Origin: an uncultured Alphaproteobacteria bacterium
Lineage (GTDB): Bacteria > Pseudomonadota > Alphaproteobacteria > CAAHEQ01 > UBA3637
DNA: 54,601 nt
Assembly: GCA_949286245.1 (NCBI GenBank)
Contig: CASECF010000076.1
Coordinates: forward strand, 1 to 54,601
Direction of reading: 5' to 3'
The position numbers and the translations under genes are program-made. This document shows, piece after piece, positions 9,190 to 19,755 of this stretch (the stretch's first letter is position 1; each line of letters starts with the position of its first letter). The notes beneath the pieces are model-generated. The model saw only the letters and a program-made list of their open reading frames with translations, was not told where the DNA came from and ran no database searches.

Positions 9190-10093
9190 GTGATATGAAA
9201 ACTATCGGCTAGACCGGTCGGTCGTTCCGGAGAGCGTAGAGCTTTACACATAAAAAGCTCTTTTGCGACAGTAAGTTAGACGGTCAGACGAAAGTCGAAC
9301 AAAAGTAAGGGAGTTTTTTTTATGAACACACATATAATAGAATAGACAACATGCCATTACCAATATCATGTCTTTTTCGCACCCAAATATCGTAAATAGG
9401 CCTTGTACGGAGAGCATCGTCTGGAAATGGGGCATATTTTAAGAGAATAATGCCGATGGACAGAAATAGGCATCATAGAAGCAGAGGTCTGTCGTGAGCC
9501 CATTCATATGTTAATAGAGATAGCACCAAAACTTTCGATAAGTTCGGTTATGGGTTATCTCAAAGGTAAAAGGAGTCTAGCAATATATGAAAGGTGGGGA
9601 AATGTAAAATTTCGATATCGACACAAAGAATTTGGATATAAAGAAAACGACGTATCTATCAACGGAAAATGTCGGGGTCAAGGCTCTTATATAAAGATGA
9701 TAGATCACAAAATACTCAACAAATGACTGAGTATATCCGAAACCAACTGAAAGAAGAAGCAGCGCAAAGTCAGTTAACAGAGGAAAATGCAAAATTTTGG
9801 TATCGACATAGAGGAGTTGTGTCTCAAAGATATTTGTAGATGAAAACAAAAAGTGTTGGGGTAAAGTTTTATGTAAAGACGACTGCTCAGAATACTCAAA
9901 AATAAGTGTGTCTATTCGAAATCAACAAAAAAAGATACGAGCCGAGTCAGTTAACACTGGATTTTGAGGCGTTTACGGGTAGCAAGTCATCTTCACCTTG
10001 TCAGACCGTTATATCCCCTTAAGGGGTTTGTCGGTACCATTAGGGTTATACCTTAAAGAAAAACCACCGGCTAGAGCGGTAGCTTTCTTTTTT
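9189..10093 (+). mobile_element. Degenerate IS200-type element (IS200/IS605 family), tnpA only
   Basis: Related subterminal hairpins gaaaactatcggctagaccggtcgg (9197) and gaaaaaccaccggctagagcggtag (10058) flank a tnpA remnant; the flanks rejoin to the uninterrupted ctttttat/taccaaaatc seen at 8878-8895. Confidence 0.85.
9322..9989 (+). pseudogene. tnpA: IS200 Y1/HUH transposase pseudogene
   Basis: Reads YHVFFAPKYRK*...EAEVCREPIHMLIEIAPKLSISSVMGYLKGKRSL...EYIRNQL...QLTLDFEAFTGSK; in-frame stops at 9343, 9397 and 9448; first His of the HUH motif lost; 3' part duplicated. Confidence 0.9.
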
Positions 10094-10295
10094 TACCAAA
10101 ATCATACTGCTATCCGAGATCATTATAAATGGTACGCTTCTCTTTTTGGCTCGTTATTCTGCTTTTAAAAGTTCAATTTTTTGAGTGTGCTCTCCCTTTT
10201 GGGGGGCCTTCTTTTTTTGAAAACCCCAACCATTGTGAGTTTCGCTCTTCCCTTTGAAGCTCACCCTTCTTCTTTTAAGAACTCAACCATTTTTT
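10093..10295 (+). repeat. Diverged second copy of 8885-9090, itself built from ~55-60 bp degenerate subrepeats
   Basis: ttaccaaaatcaYactgctatccgagaYcattatRaatggYacRct...tcgttattctgcttt at both 8885 and 10093. Confidence 0.85.
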
Positions 10296-10347
10296 GAGTA
10301 CCGCCATTTTTTTGAGAACCACTTTGGGGAGTGCTTTTTTCTCTATG

Positions 10348-10377
10348 AAAAAGACCCCGCCGAAAGCGGGGTCTTTT
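10348..10377. terminator. Bidirectional intrinsic terminator downstream of pnp
   Basis: aaaagaccccgc-cgaaa-gcggggtctttt. Confidence 0.9.
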
Positions 10378-10387
10378 GTGGGAAAAT

Positions 10388-12613
10388 TTATTCTCCGACT
10401 TGTAATACCTCTCGTACTTCCAAATCTTCCGTCCCGTTTTGGTCTTGCGAATGACGATGACCTTTGTGATTTTTATGATCTTTATGATCACGTTTATCTT
10501 CAAACGGAATTTCTTCTCCTGTTTCCTGATTAACTCGTTTCATGGAGAGTTTAATCTTTCCACGATTATCCGTTCCGATAAATTTAACTTTCACACGATC
10601 TCCTTCATGCAAAACGTCCGATACTTTTTCAACACGATACGGGGCTATTTCGGAAACATGGACCAACCCGTCCCGATTGCCCATAAAGTTTACAAACGCA
10701 CCAAAATCCATCAATTTAACAACCGTTCCGTCATAAATTTGACCGACTTCCGGTTCGCAAACAATTCCCTTAACCCAATTCAGAGCTGCCTGACCGGCTT
10801 CACCCGAAATGGAGGCAATTCGAACAAGGCCATCATCATCAATATCAATTTTGGCACCCGTTTTTTCGACAATTTCTCGAATAACCTTGCCACCTGTTCC
10901 GATAACATCCCGAATCTTTTCTTTATCAATTTGTAAAGAGATAATCCGTGGGGCATTTATATTCAATTCCGGACGAGGTTCTGCCAAACTTTCGGCCATT
11001 TTACCTAAAATAAACAACCGTCCTTCATGAGCTTGTGCCAAGGCTTGTGCCATAATCTCTTTTGTAATGGAAGTGATCTTAATATCCATTTGCAAAGCGG
11101 TCACGCCATCTTTTGTTCCGGCGACTTTAAAATCCATATCGCCCAAATGATCCTCATCACCCAAGATATCCGACAAGACCACAAATTGATCCGGTTCTTT
11201 GATTAACCCCATAGCAATACCGGCCACCGGTTTTTTCATTGGAACACCGGCATCCATCAATGCCAATGTCGAACCGCAAACCGTCGCCATAGATGAGGAT
11301 CCGTTAGATTCCATAATCTCGGAAACAACTCGAATCGTATACGGGAATTCTTCTGAACTCGGCAACATCGGATGGATCGCTCTCCAAGCCAATTTCCCAT
11401 GTCCGATTTCACGTCGTCCCGGAGAGCCCAAACGCCCCACTTCACCAACCGAGTACGGAGGAAAATTATAGTGTAGCATAAATTTTTCTTTATACTCACC
11501 GGCTAAAGAATCTATAACCTGCTCATCTTCTCCCGTTCCGAGTGTCGCAACAACCAACGCTTGCGTCTCACCACGGGTAAACAAAGCCGATCCGTGTGTT
11601 TTCGGTAAAACACTTACCTCCGTTGTGATCGGACGAATTGTTTTGGTGTCTCGACCATCAATCCGTTGACCCGTTTTTAAAACCATATCTCGCATAATAC
11701 GTGCTTCAATCTCATGGAAAATCTTATCACATGCCGCATCTTCCGCTTCACGATCAACGAACAATTCATGTGCTTTTTCATTGAGTTCGGCTAGTTTATC
11801 TTGACGAACCAGTTTATCATGAATATGGAAAGCTTCGGCAATTTGATCTCCCAATTTTTCTTGAATTTCTTGACGAACAACCTCATATTCTGCCGGTTCA
11901 TCCTTAACAGACCATGGATCTTTCGCACACTGCTCAGCTAAATCAATGATCATTTCAATAACCGGTTTTAAACTCTCATGGCCAAAAGAAACAGCACCCA
12001 ACATGGTCTCCTCGGACAATTCTTGAGCCTCTGATTCAACCATCAAAACACCTTCTGTCGTACCGGCGACAACCAAATCCAGTTGACTATGTCGCACCTG
12101 ATCCATATCCGGATTCAATACATATTCTCCGTCAATATATCCGACACGAGCTCCGGCGATCGGGCCTAAAAACGGAATACCTGAAATTGTTAAGGCCGCA
12201 GAAGCACCGATCATGGCAACAATATCCGGTTGTGTTTTTAAATCATGACTTAACAAAGTCACCGTCACTTGTGTTTCATTGTTAAATCCTTTAACAAACA
12301 ACGGTCTGATCGGACGATCAATCAAACGAGAAATTAAAATCTCACCTTCGGACGGCTTCCCTTCCCGTTTAAAAAATCCACCCGGAATACGACCGGCGGC
12401 ATAGGCTTTTTCTTGATAATTAACCGTCAACGGAATAAAATCTTCAAACGTATCCGGTGTTTTTTTAGAAGCACAGACCGCGGCATGCACAACCGTTTCA
12501 CCATACTTTACAATAACGGCGCCGTCAGCCTGGCGAGAAATCTTACCTGTTTCAATACTTAAGGGTTTTCCCCCCCACATCATTTCTTTTTTATATGTTT
12601 TAAAAATACTCAT
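10388..12613 (-). CDS. pnp: Polyribonucleotide nucleotidyltransferase (PNPase)
   Basis: [45 protein letters not shown] and S1 domains. Confidence 0.99.
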   Translation of the reverse strand: MSIFKTYKKEMMWGGKPLSIETGKISRQADGAVIVKYGETVVHAAVCASKKTPDTFEDFIPLTVNYQEKAYAAGRIPGGFFKREGKPSEGEILISRLIDRPIRPLFVKGFNNETQVTVTLLSHDLKTQPDIVAMIGASAALTISGIPFLGPIAGARVGYIDGEYVLNPDMDQVRHSQLDLVVAGTTEGVLMVESEAQELSEETMLGAVSFGHESLKPVIEMIIDLAEQCAKDPWSVKDEPAEYEVVRQEIQEKLGDQIAEAFHIHDKLVRQDKLAELNEKAHELFVDREAEDAACDKIFHEIEARIMRDMVLKTGQRIDGRDTKTIRPITTEVSVLPKTHGSALFTRGETQALVVATLGTGEDEQVIDSLAGEYKEKFMLHYNFPPYSVGEVGRLGSPGRREIGHGKLAWRAIHPMLPSSEEFPYTIRVVSEIMESNGSSSMATVCGSTLALMDAGVPMKKPVAGIAMGLIKEPDQFVVLSDILGDEDHLGDMDFKVAGTKDGVTALQMDIKITSITKEIMAQALAQAHEGRLFILGKMAESLAEPRPELNINAPRIISLQIDKEKIRDVIGTGGKVIREIVEKTGAKIDIDDDGLVRIASISGEAGQAALNWVKGIVCEPEVGQIYDGTVVKLMDFGAFVNFMGNRDGLVHVSEIAPYRVEKVSDVLHEGDRVKVKFIGTDNRGKIKLSMKRVNQETGEEIPFEDKRDHKDHKNHKGHRHSQDQNGTEDLEVREVLQVGE

Positions 12614-12639
12614 TCTTTTTCCTTCATACAGACATATTG

Positions 12640-12669
12640 AAAGGAGAACGTCCCCTGACGCTCTCCTTT
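12640..12669 (-). terminator. Hairpin between rpsO and pnp (terminator or processing stem)
   Basis: aaaggagaacgtc-ccct-gacgctctccttt, right after the rpsO stop. Confidence 0.6.
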
Positions 12670-12675
12670 ATCGAA

Positions 12676-12945
12676 CTATTTACGTAAGTTCAACCGTTTT
12701 AACAACGAATCATATCGATTAGAATCCGTCTTTTTCAAATATCCCAACAGAGATCTTCTGTTAGAAACCATTCTCATCAATCCGCGACGAGAGTGAAAAT
12801 CTTTAGCATGTGTTTTCATATGCTCTGATAAAGCAGCAATATTAGCTGTTAACAAAGCAATTTGAACTTCCGGTGAACCTGTATCTCCGGCTTGGATTGC
12901 AAAATCTTTAATAATTTGTTGTTTTTGTTCTTTTGAAATCGACAT
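12676..12945 (-). CDS. rpsO: 30S ribosomal protein S15
   Basis: [22 protein letters not shown]; 89 aa. Confidence 0.99.
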   Translation of the reverse strand: MSISKEQKQQIIKDFAIQAGDTGSPEVQIALLTANIAALSEHMKTHAKDFHSRRGLMRMVSNRRSLLGYLKKTDSNRYDSLLKRLNLRK

Positions 12946-12957
12946 CGTTTTTTCCTT

Positions 12958-13875
12958 TCATTTAATTTGTTCTTCAGGCGCTAAAAAAACACGAAACGGT
13001 TTAAAAGACCCGCCTTCACATTTTACTAACGCAACCAATTGAGACCCATAAACGGCCTTGCAAATATCTCCCTCTTTCACTGATGGAAAACGAGAAACAG
13101 CAATTAAGGCTTTTCCTTGTCTCAATTCCCTCGCCTCTGTTCCGTTTACAGCCAACGCCAAGATGTCGTCCAGTGCGGTTAAGACCGGAACAAAAAACGA
13201 AGTGTTGTTATTATATTCTGTTTTTTCTAATTTTTCAAGTGAAATTGCATGTTCGAGGGTAAAGGGCCCGCATTGTGTTCGCCTCAGTTGCGTGATATGG
13301 CCCAAACAGCCCAATTTTTGTCCCATGTCTCGACCCAAAGATCTGACATAAGTACCCTTTCCGCAAACAACCTCAAATGATGTTTTATCGGGCGTATGCT
13401 CTAATATTTTGAGAGAATAAATCACAACCGGTCGCTCGGATAATTCCACGATTGTTCCGGCTCTTGCCAAATCATACGCTCGCTTCCCTTGAATTTTTAA
13501 AGCCGAATAAACAGGCGGTTTTTGCAAAATCGTTCCGATAAATTCAGGAATAATTTTTTCTATTTCTTCTCGAGACGGTCTCCGATCCGATTGAGCCATA
13601 ATTTCCCCTTGAACGTCATCCGTTTCTGTTTGGACACCCCAACTCACCTCAAAAGTATATGTTTTTTTCCCATCCATAACATAAGGGATTGTTTTGGTCG
13701 CCTGACCGAAAGCAATCGGTAAAACACCGGTTGCCAACGGATCCAATGTTCCGGCATGTCCGATTTTAGTCGGATGAAAAATATGCTTTAATCGAGTGAC
13801 AACGGATGTAGAACCCAATTCATAAGGTTTATCTATAATAAGCCATCCGTCTATTTGATTTTTTATATAGGCCAC
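12958..13875 (-). CDS. truB: tRNA pseudouridine(55) synthase
   Basis: GHAGTLDPLATGVLP, PPVYSALK, CGKGTYVRSL; GTG start. Confidence 0.97.
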   Translation of the reverse strand: MAYIKNQIDGWLIIDKPYELGSTSVVTRLKHIFHPTKIGHAGTLDPLATGVLPIAFGQATKTIPYVMDGKKTYTFEVSWGVQTETDDVQGEIMAQSDRRPSREEIEKIIPEFIGTILQKPPVYSALKIQGKRAYDLARAGTIVELSERPVVIYSLKILEHTPDKTSFEVVCGKGTYVRSLGRDMGQKLGCLGHITQLRRTQCGPFTLEHAISLEKLEKTEYNNNTSFFVPVLTALDDILALAVNGTEARELRQGKALIAVSRFPSVKEGDICKAVYGSQLVALVKCEGGSFKPFRVFLAPEEQIK

Positions 13876-13995
13876 TTTATATCCCCTTTAAAAAATAGAA
13901 ATCAGCGTCCGGCTTCGATATCCGCTCTGCATTCATTTCAATCTTTTAATTAAGAAATCATCACGCAAAAACAATATTCGCATCAAGACAAAACA

Positions 13996-14400
13996 TTACG
14001 CTTCATCATCTCGTTCTTTTTCAATATCCGCTCTTACCCTTGGATCATTTAAAAGGGCATCAATATACTTTGACTCCTCAAACCCCGTATCCGATTTAAA
14101 CACGAGATCCGGAACAATTCTTAACCGAACATTTTTTCCCACATGATATCGAAAAAGTCCCTTATGAGCATTCAACAATTTAATTTGCTCATCCGTATCA
14201 ATCGATCCGATACCTTGAATAAAAACAGACGCAAATGAAAAATCCGGAGCGATTTTCACTTCCGTCACCATCAAAAAAGAGGGCTTTAATCCGTCAATAA
14301 AAATATTGTCTTGTGAAAACATCCGTCCCAAAACATGGCGTATTTCTTCACCGACTCTGAGCTGTCTTTGCGAGGGCCCTTTTGTTTCTGTTCTTTTCAT
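13996..14400 (-). CDS. rbfA: Ribosome-binding factor A
   Basis: PSQRQLRVGEEIRH, LRIVPDLVF; ATG at 14400 with GAGG RBS. Confidence 0.95.
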   Translation of the reverse strand: MKRTETKGPSQRQLRVGEEIRHVLGRMFSQDNIFIDGLKPSFLMVTEVKIAPDFSFASVFIQGIGSIDTDEQIKLLNAHKGLFRYHVGKNVRLRIVPDLVFKSDTGFEESKYIDALLNDPRVRADIEKERDDEA

Positions 14401-14415
14401 TTTTTTCCTCTCGGT

Positions 14416-14441
14416 AATCGGGAGAAACATCTCTCCCGATT
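14416..14441 (-). other. Stem-loop between infB and rbfA
   Basis: aatcgggaga-aacatc-tctcccgatt, 10 bp perfect arms. Confidence 0.6.
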
Positions 14442-14447
14442 TATATT

Positions 14448-16901
14448 TTAAACATCAAACGTTAATTTAACGGCAATTTCTTCCATTTCATAACATTCAA
14501 CCATATCGCCGACTTTCAAGTCATCAAAGTTTTCGAAACTCATACCGCATTCAAAGCCTTCTTTGACCTCTTTTACATCATCTTTAAAGCGTTTTAATTG
14601 AGATAACTGTCCGGTATAAACAACAACGCTGTCTCTCAAAATACGCACTTTCGCACCTCTCTTAACCAAGCCCTCCTTCACCATACATCCGGCGACCTTA
14701 CCGACTTTGGAAACGGAAATAACCTGACGAATCTCGGCGTATCCTAAAATCTTTTCACGCAATTCTGGTTCTAACAATCCTTCAACGGCCTTTTTCATAT
14801 CATCGGCGACATCATAAATAATGGAATAATACCGAATATCCACACCGTCTCGTTTGGCCATTTCTCTCGCTGTCGGATTAGCCCGAACATTAAATCCGAT
14901 CACAATCGCCTTAGAGGCTCTCGCTAACGTAATGTCCGATTCGTTGATTGCGCCGACACCGCTATGCAACACATGAACCTTAACCTCGTTGTTGGCAATC
15001 TTCGACAAGATTCCGTTTAGAGCCTCGACGGATCCTTGAACATCACCCTTGATTAAAACAGGAAGTTCCTTAATCTCGCCGGCTTTAATTTGGGCCAACA
15101 AATGTTCGGCACTGCTAATCGTTTTAACTTGCAACAGCTCTCGTGCTTTTCTTTGACGGTAAGCGGAAATTTCACGAGCTCGACTTTCCGTATCCACAAC
15201 AATAAAATCATCGCCGGCAGACGGTGTACCCTGCAAGCCGATTACCTCAACCGGCTCAGACGGTAAAGCCTTTAACACTTTTTGTCCCCGATCGTTAAAC
15301 AGAGATCGAACACGCCCCCATTCATTTCCGGAAACAAATATATCACCAACCTTTAATGTTCCTTTTTGAATAAGAACGGTTGCAACAGATCCACGCCCCT
15401 TATCCATGCGAGCCTCAACAACGACACCCTCGGCATCTCGATTGGGAGAAGCCTTCAAATCCAAAACTTCCGCTTGTAATAAAATGGCTTCAATTAATTT
15501 ATCCAAATTAATTCGTTTTTTAGCAGACACTTCCACATCCAAAACGTCACCACCCATGGATTCGACAACAACCTCGTGTTGCAATAAATCCAACCGAACC
15601 TTTTGAGGATCTGCCCCCGGCACATCGATCTTATTAATAGCGACAACAATCGGAACACCCGCCGCTTTGGCATGGTTAATCGCCTCAATTGTTTGTGGCA
15701 TGACACTATCATTGGCTGCAACAACCAAAACAACCAAATCCGTCACCTTGGCTCCTCTCGCCCGCATAGCCGTAAAAGCCTCGTGTCCCGGCGTATCAAT
15801 AAAAGTCACTTTTTGTCCGGAGGAAAGCATCACCTGATAAGCACCGATATGTTGAGTAATTCCACCAGATTCATGAGCAGCAACATTTGTTGATCGCAAA
15901 GCATCTAACAAAGAGGTTTTTCCATGATCAACATGCCCCATAACCGTCACAACGGGAGGTCTTGAAACAAGATCTTCCGGTCTATCCGGTTCATGTTTTA
16001 AAATTTCTTCCACATCAGATTCGGCAACCCGTTTAACTTTATGACCCAGTTCTTCCACAACCAACTCAGCCGTATCCGCATCAATGGTTTGTGTGATCGT
16101 CACCATCATTCCCAACTTCATGAGAGCCTTAACAACGGTTGCCCCTTTTTCACTCATTCGATTGGCTAATTCCTGAACCGTAATCGTTTCCGGAATAACA
16201 ACCTCACGCACAATCTTTTCAACCGGTTGGAATTGCTCCATGTGTTTGCGTTGTTCCTTTTCGCGAGAACGTCGAATGGACGCCATCGAGCGACGAACCG
16301 GGCGAGTCCCGATTTCATCATCTAAATCATCATCGTCTTCCATACGCATATTTCTGAAAGCACTTGTGTTGACTTTATGAGACCCGTTACGCTTCTCTTC
16401 AAATGAGCGTTTGAATTGTCGTTCCTCCTCCATATTTTCTTTTTCTTTTTTACGAGAAAATGAGGTGGATTCCGCTTGTTTCTTTTCGAATTTCTTTTCC
16501 GTATCCCCGTCTCTCATTTGTTCTTGAAAAGTGTTGATTTGAGTTTTTGTTTGTTCCTCTTGTTCCAATCGCTCTCGTTCGGCTCTCTCTTGATCGGCCT
16601 TTTCTTGTGCTGCCTTTTTTTGAATTTCTTCTTGACGACGTCGCTCGTTTTCTTGACGTTCTTTCTCGGCGGCTCTTTGCTGAGCCTCTTGGATAAGACG
16701 CAATTTTTGAGAAGTTTCCTCTGATAAATGATTAACGGATGGCTCTTGTGTAATCACTCGCTTTTTACGGACCTCTACCTGAACAGTATTATTTTTACCG
16801 GCTCCCGTGTTTTGTCGAACCCGATTACCCAAAGAAAGCGTTGTTTTTTTGAGCTCCAATGTTCTGCCCGATAATGTTAATGGTTTCTTATCCTCTGCCA
16901 T
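14448..16901 (-). CDS. infB: Translation initiation factor IF-2
   Basis: [40 protein letters not shown]. Confidence 0.99.
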   Translation of the reverse strand: MAEDKKPLTLSGRTLELKKTTLSLGNRVRQNTGAGKNNTVQVEVRKKRVITQEPSVNHLSEETSQKLRLIQEAQQRAAEKERQENERRRQEEIQKKAAQEKADQERAERERLEQEEQTKTQINTFQEQMRDGDTEKKFEKKQAESTSFSRKKEKENMEEERQFKRSFEEKRNGSHKVNTSAFRNMRMEDDDDLDDEIGTRPVRRSMASIRRSREKEQRKHMEQFQPVEKIVREVVIPETITVQELANRMSEKGATVVKALMKLGMMVTITQTIDADTAELVVEELGHKVKRVAESDVEEILKHEPDRPEDLVSRPPVVTVMGHVDHGKTSLLDALRSTNVAAHESGGITQHIGAYQVMLSSGQKVTFIDTPGHEAFTAMRARGAKVTDLVVLVVAANDSVMPQTIEAINHAKAAGVPIVVAINKIDVPGADPQKVRLDLLQHEVVVESMGGDVLDVEVSAKKRINLDKLIEAILLQAEVLDLKASPNRDAEGVVVEARMDKGRGSVATVLIQKGTLKVGDIFVSGNEWGRVRSLFNDRGQKVLKALPSEPVEVIGLQGTPSAGDDFIVVDTESRAREISAYRQRKARELLQVKTISSAEHLLAQIKAGEIKELPVLIKGDVQGSVEALNGILSKIANNEVKVHVLHSGVGAINESDITLARASKAIVIGFNVRANPTAREMAKRDGVDIRYYSIIYDVADDMKKAVEGLLEPELREKILGYAEIRQVISVSKVGKVAGCMVKEGLVKRGAKVRILRDSVVVYTGQLSQLKRFKDDVKEVKEGFECGMSFENFDDLKVGDMVECYEMEEIAVKLTFDV

Positions 16902-16904
16902 ATT

Positions 16905-17522
16905 TTATCCTTTCTCATTTTTCTTTGAATTTATAAAGGCTGTCAATTTTAAAATCGTTTTCTTTAATTCCTCTGATATTTTGCCGGAAAAAACAGCCAC
17001 ATGAACTTGTGTATCCTGCCCACTGATTTGCCCCAATTCTTCACGCGAAAAACAAGAACAAATCACAAAATCATCCTTGGGACGCAAAAGCTTATTCCGT
17101 CCATTTTCAGCCGCATCAAACGCCTCCAAGAGCAACAAAGGCTTTTCAACCGATAAAGCCTTTTTTACGGATTCAAATCCAAAAACCAATCTGCCTGACT
17201 TTCGAACAAGACCCATTAAATCAAGACACTTTTGCCTCAATAGTCTCTCTGTCTCATCACACAAATCAGACGGTATCTGAACCGTTTCTTTAAACGCTTT
17301 CGAAAATAACTTCTTTTGAATAGCTTTCTCCAATATCCTCCGATCCGGCTTCATCCATACCCCGCGACCCGGAAGTTTTTGCGAGACATCAAAACAAACA
17401 ACATGATCGGGAGAAACGACAAACCGCAGAAACTCAGACCGATTTGCCGTTTCTTTTGTCATGAAGCAGGTCTTTTCCCCACTTTGTCTTTCAGATCTCT
17501 TATTTTGTGTCTCCGTTTTCAA
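16905..17522 (-). CDS. ylxR: YlxR (DUF448)-L7Ae fusion RNA-binding protein
   Basis: EKTC...LRFVVSPD...KLPGRGVW, followed by an L7Ae-like GLVRKSGRLVFGFE segment; lies between nusA and infB; start uncertain. Confidence 0.85.
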   Translation of the reverse strand: MKTETQNKRSERQSGEKTCFMTKETANRSEFLRFVVSPDHVVCFDVSQKLPGRGVWMKPDRRILEKAIQKKLFSKAFKETVQIPSDLCDETERLLRQKCLDLMGLVRKSGRLVFGFESVKKALSVEKPLLLLEAFDAAENGRNKLLRPKDDFVICSCFSREELGQISGQDTQVHVAVFSGKISEELKKTILKLTAFINSKKNEKG

Positions 17523-19017
17523 ACCAATGCTCCCGAGCCTTCATGATTAAAGCATTTGCCTCTTCCGCCGTGATCAGATCTTGTCCCAAAATATCCAACA
17601 ATTCATCTCCGGCTAAATCTGCCAAATCATCCAGCGTTTTTATATTATTTTCACCCAGTTTTACCAACATTTCCAGTGTCAATCCGGAAAATCCTTTCAA
17701 ATCATCCGCCAAATTCAATGTAGCTAATTTCTTTTCCATTGTATCTTGTTTCATGATCAGATAGGCTTTGGCTCTATTTTGCAACTCTTCGGCCAATGCT
17801 TCGTCAAATCCCTCGATCGAGGCTAACTCATTTAACGAAATATAGGCGATATCCTCAACTTTTGAAAACCCTTCTTGGATCAATAAATGAGCCATCATAT
17901 CATCTATATCCATGGCACGCATAAATAAATCAACCCGTTCTTTTGTTTCATTCAACCGATGCTCAGCCTCTTGAGCTTCATTCATCATATCGATATGCCA
18001 ACCGGTTAATTGACTGATTAAACGAATATTCTGACCGCGTCTTCCGATAGCCAAAGAAAGCTGTTCCTCACTCAATACAACTTCAACATTTTTGGACTCT
18101 TCATCAATAACGATTTTTAACACTTCGCTGGGTGATAAAGCATTAATAATGAATGTTGCCGGATCCGATGACCACTGTACGACATCGATCTTTTCCCCTT
18201 GTAATTCTTGAACAATCGCCTGCACACGCACGCCCCTCATTCCGATACAAGCTCCTCTGGCATCCAATGTACTGTCTTTCGACCAAACAGCAATTTTCGC
18301 ACGTGACCCCGGATCACGAGCAACCGACTTAATTTCAATAAGGCCGTCATAGATTTCAGGTACTTCCGCCGTAAATAATTTGGCCAAAAACTGCGGATGT
18401 GATCGACTTAAAAAGACAATCGGACCCTTCACTTCGGCACGGACATCCAAAACAAGAGCTCGAATACGATCTCCGACACGATAGGATTCATGCGGGATCA
18501 ATTCATCTCGGCGCAGTAATGCCTCGATACGACCGCCGATTTCGACAATCAAATTGCCCCCCTCAACCCGTTTAACGATGCCGTTGATAATCTCGTCTTT
18601 TTTATTTTTCATTTCATTATACTGTCGCATCCGTTCCGCTTCACGTACTTTTTGCGTAATAACCTGTTTAGCTGTCTGAGCGGCGATTCGTCCGAAATCC
18701 ATTGGTGGCAACGGATCCATGATTTCATCTCCGACCTTTAAAGACGGATCTTGCTTTTGAGCATCATCTAAAGAAATTTGGGTAAATTCGTCCACAACGT
18801 CATCCACAACAGATAAATAGCGAGCCATTTTAATAGCACCCGTATTAGGATCAATCCGTGTTCGAATATCATATTCGGGACCGTATTTTGAGCGACCTGC
18901 TTTAGAAATGGCTTGTTCCATAGCATCTAAAACGGCTGCCTTATCAATATTCTTTTCACGGGCCAACGCATCGGCCATTTGAATTAATTCCGGTCTCGGA
19001 AGTGTTGCAATCTGCAT
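17500..19017 (-). CDS. nusA: Transcription termination/antitermination factor NusA
   Basis: FGRIAAQTAKQVI, ARDPGSRAKIAV, LSLAIGRRGQN, C-terminal duplicated acidic domains. Confidence 0.99.
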   Translation of the reverse strand: MQIATLPRPELIQMADALAREKNIDKAAVLDAMEQAISKAGRSKYGPEYDIRTRIDPNTGAIKMARYLSVVDDVVDEFTQISLDDAQKQDPSLKVGDEIMDPLPPMDFGRIAAQTAKQVITQKVREAERMRQYNEMKNKKDEIINGIVKRVEGGNLIVEIGGRIEALLRRDELIPHESYRVGDRIRALVLDVRAEVKGPIVFLSRSHPQFLAKLFTAEVPEIYDGLIEIKSVARDPGSRAKIAVWSKDSTLDARGACIGMRGVRVQAIVQELQGEKIDVVQWSSDPATFIINALSPSEVLKIVIDEESKNVEVVLSEEQLSLAIGRRGQNIRLISQLTGWHIDMMNEAQEAEHRLNETKERVDLFMRAMDIDDMMAHLLIQEGFSKVEDIAYISLNELASIEGFDEALAEELQNRAKAYLIMKQDTMEKKLATLNLADDLKGFSGLTLEMLVKLGENNIKTLDDLADLAGDELLDILGQDLITAEEANALIMKAREHWFENGDTK

Positions 19018-19034
19018 GATATATCCTTTCTTCT

Positions 19035-19526
19035 TTATTTCTTATGTTGATGTTTTTTTAATAAATCATCCGTTAATAACAATTTTGCCTTGGCGATATT
19101 TTCAAAATCAAATAAAACTTGTTTATCTTCAAATAAAAACAGAACTGTTTTTTGATCTTCGCTCAAGCCCAAAATACGCCCTTTAAATCTTTTTCGTCCA
19201 TTGATCTCCGTATTGGTCTCAATTTTGGCATCATACCCCTTAAAACGATCATAATCCTGCGGTCGGACCAATGGTCTGTCTAATCCCGGAGACGAAACCT
19301 CAAGCATCCAACGTCCCGCAAACGGATCAATTGTGTCCAATAAAGCAGAAACGGTTCGACTGACTTTTTCGCAATCATCAACCGTCATATCAACACGATC
19401 ATTTCTTTCTGCCATAATTTGGAGCGTCTTCAGATCTCCCCCTTGCAATAAAACACGAACAAGATTATACCCCATATCGGAAAGAGAGGGTTCTATCAAC
19501 TTTTCTATTTTTTCACAAATTTCCAT
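19035..19526 (-). CDS. rimP: Ribosome maturation factor RimP
   Basis: TLQIMAER, LEVSSPGLDRPL, GRKRFKG; ATG at 19526 with GGAG RBS. Confidence 0.96.
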   Translation of the reverse strand: MEICEKIEKLIEPSLSDMGYNLVRVLLQGGDLKTLQIMAERNDRVDMTVDDCEKVSRTVSALLDTIDPFAGRWMLEVSSPGLDRPLVRPQDYDRFKGYDAKIETNTEINGRKRFKGRILGLSEDQKTVLFLFEDKQVLFDFENIAKAKLLLTDDLLKKHQHKK

Positions 19527-19555
19527 TTCATCTCCGTTTGGTTTCAATTTTCTAT

Positions 19556-19586
19556 CAAAAAAGGCGGGTCTTCCGACCCACCCTCT
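19556..19586 (-). promoter_or_regulatory. rimP leader hairpin / attenuator
   Basis: Minus strand agagggtgggtc-ggaa-gacccgcct followed by U run, between a TTGCAT-16-TACAAT promoter (19611-19638) and rimP; a GC-rich leader hairpin is widely conserved at this position. Confidence 0.7.
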
Positions 19587-19755
19587 GTTATTTTCTGAGA
19601 ATGTACGTCTATTGTACGATTTTTTTTTAAGAATGCAACTTTTTTTTTAAGAATACATAAAAAAACCAATCGTTTTTTTTAAAATACTTGCAAAAAAAGG
19701 AAAAGTATGTCAGAAAGAAAGAAATCAATCAGAACTTTAAAATGAGGATAAAAAT

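Noticed and set aside
9508-9726. 72 aa ORF as a functional transposase, or a tnpB/Cas12-like gene in the IS
   Set aside because: It is only an internal fragment of the interrupted tnpA, and there is no room or motif for tnpB between the end hairpins.
8921-10533. Short ORFs 8921-9142, 8937-9212, 9244-9435, 9577-9849, 10254-10454, 10261-10503 and 10294-10533
   Set aside because: They overlap repeats, terminators, the IS or pnp, and have no RBS or domain signal.
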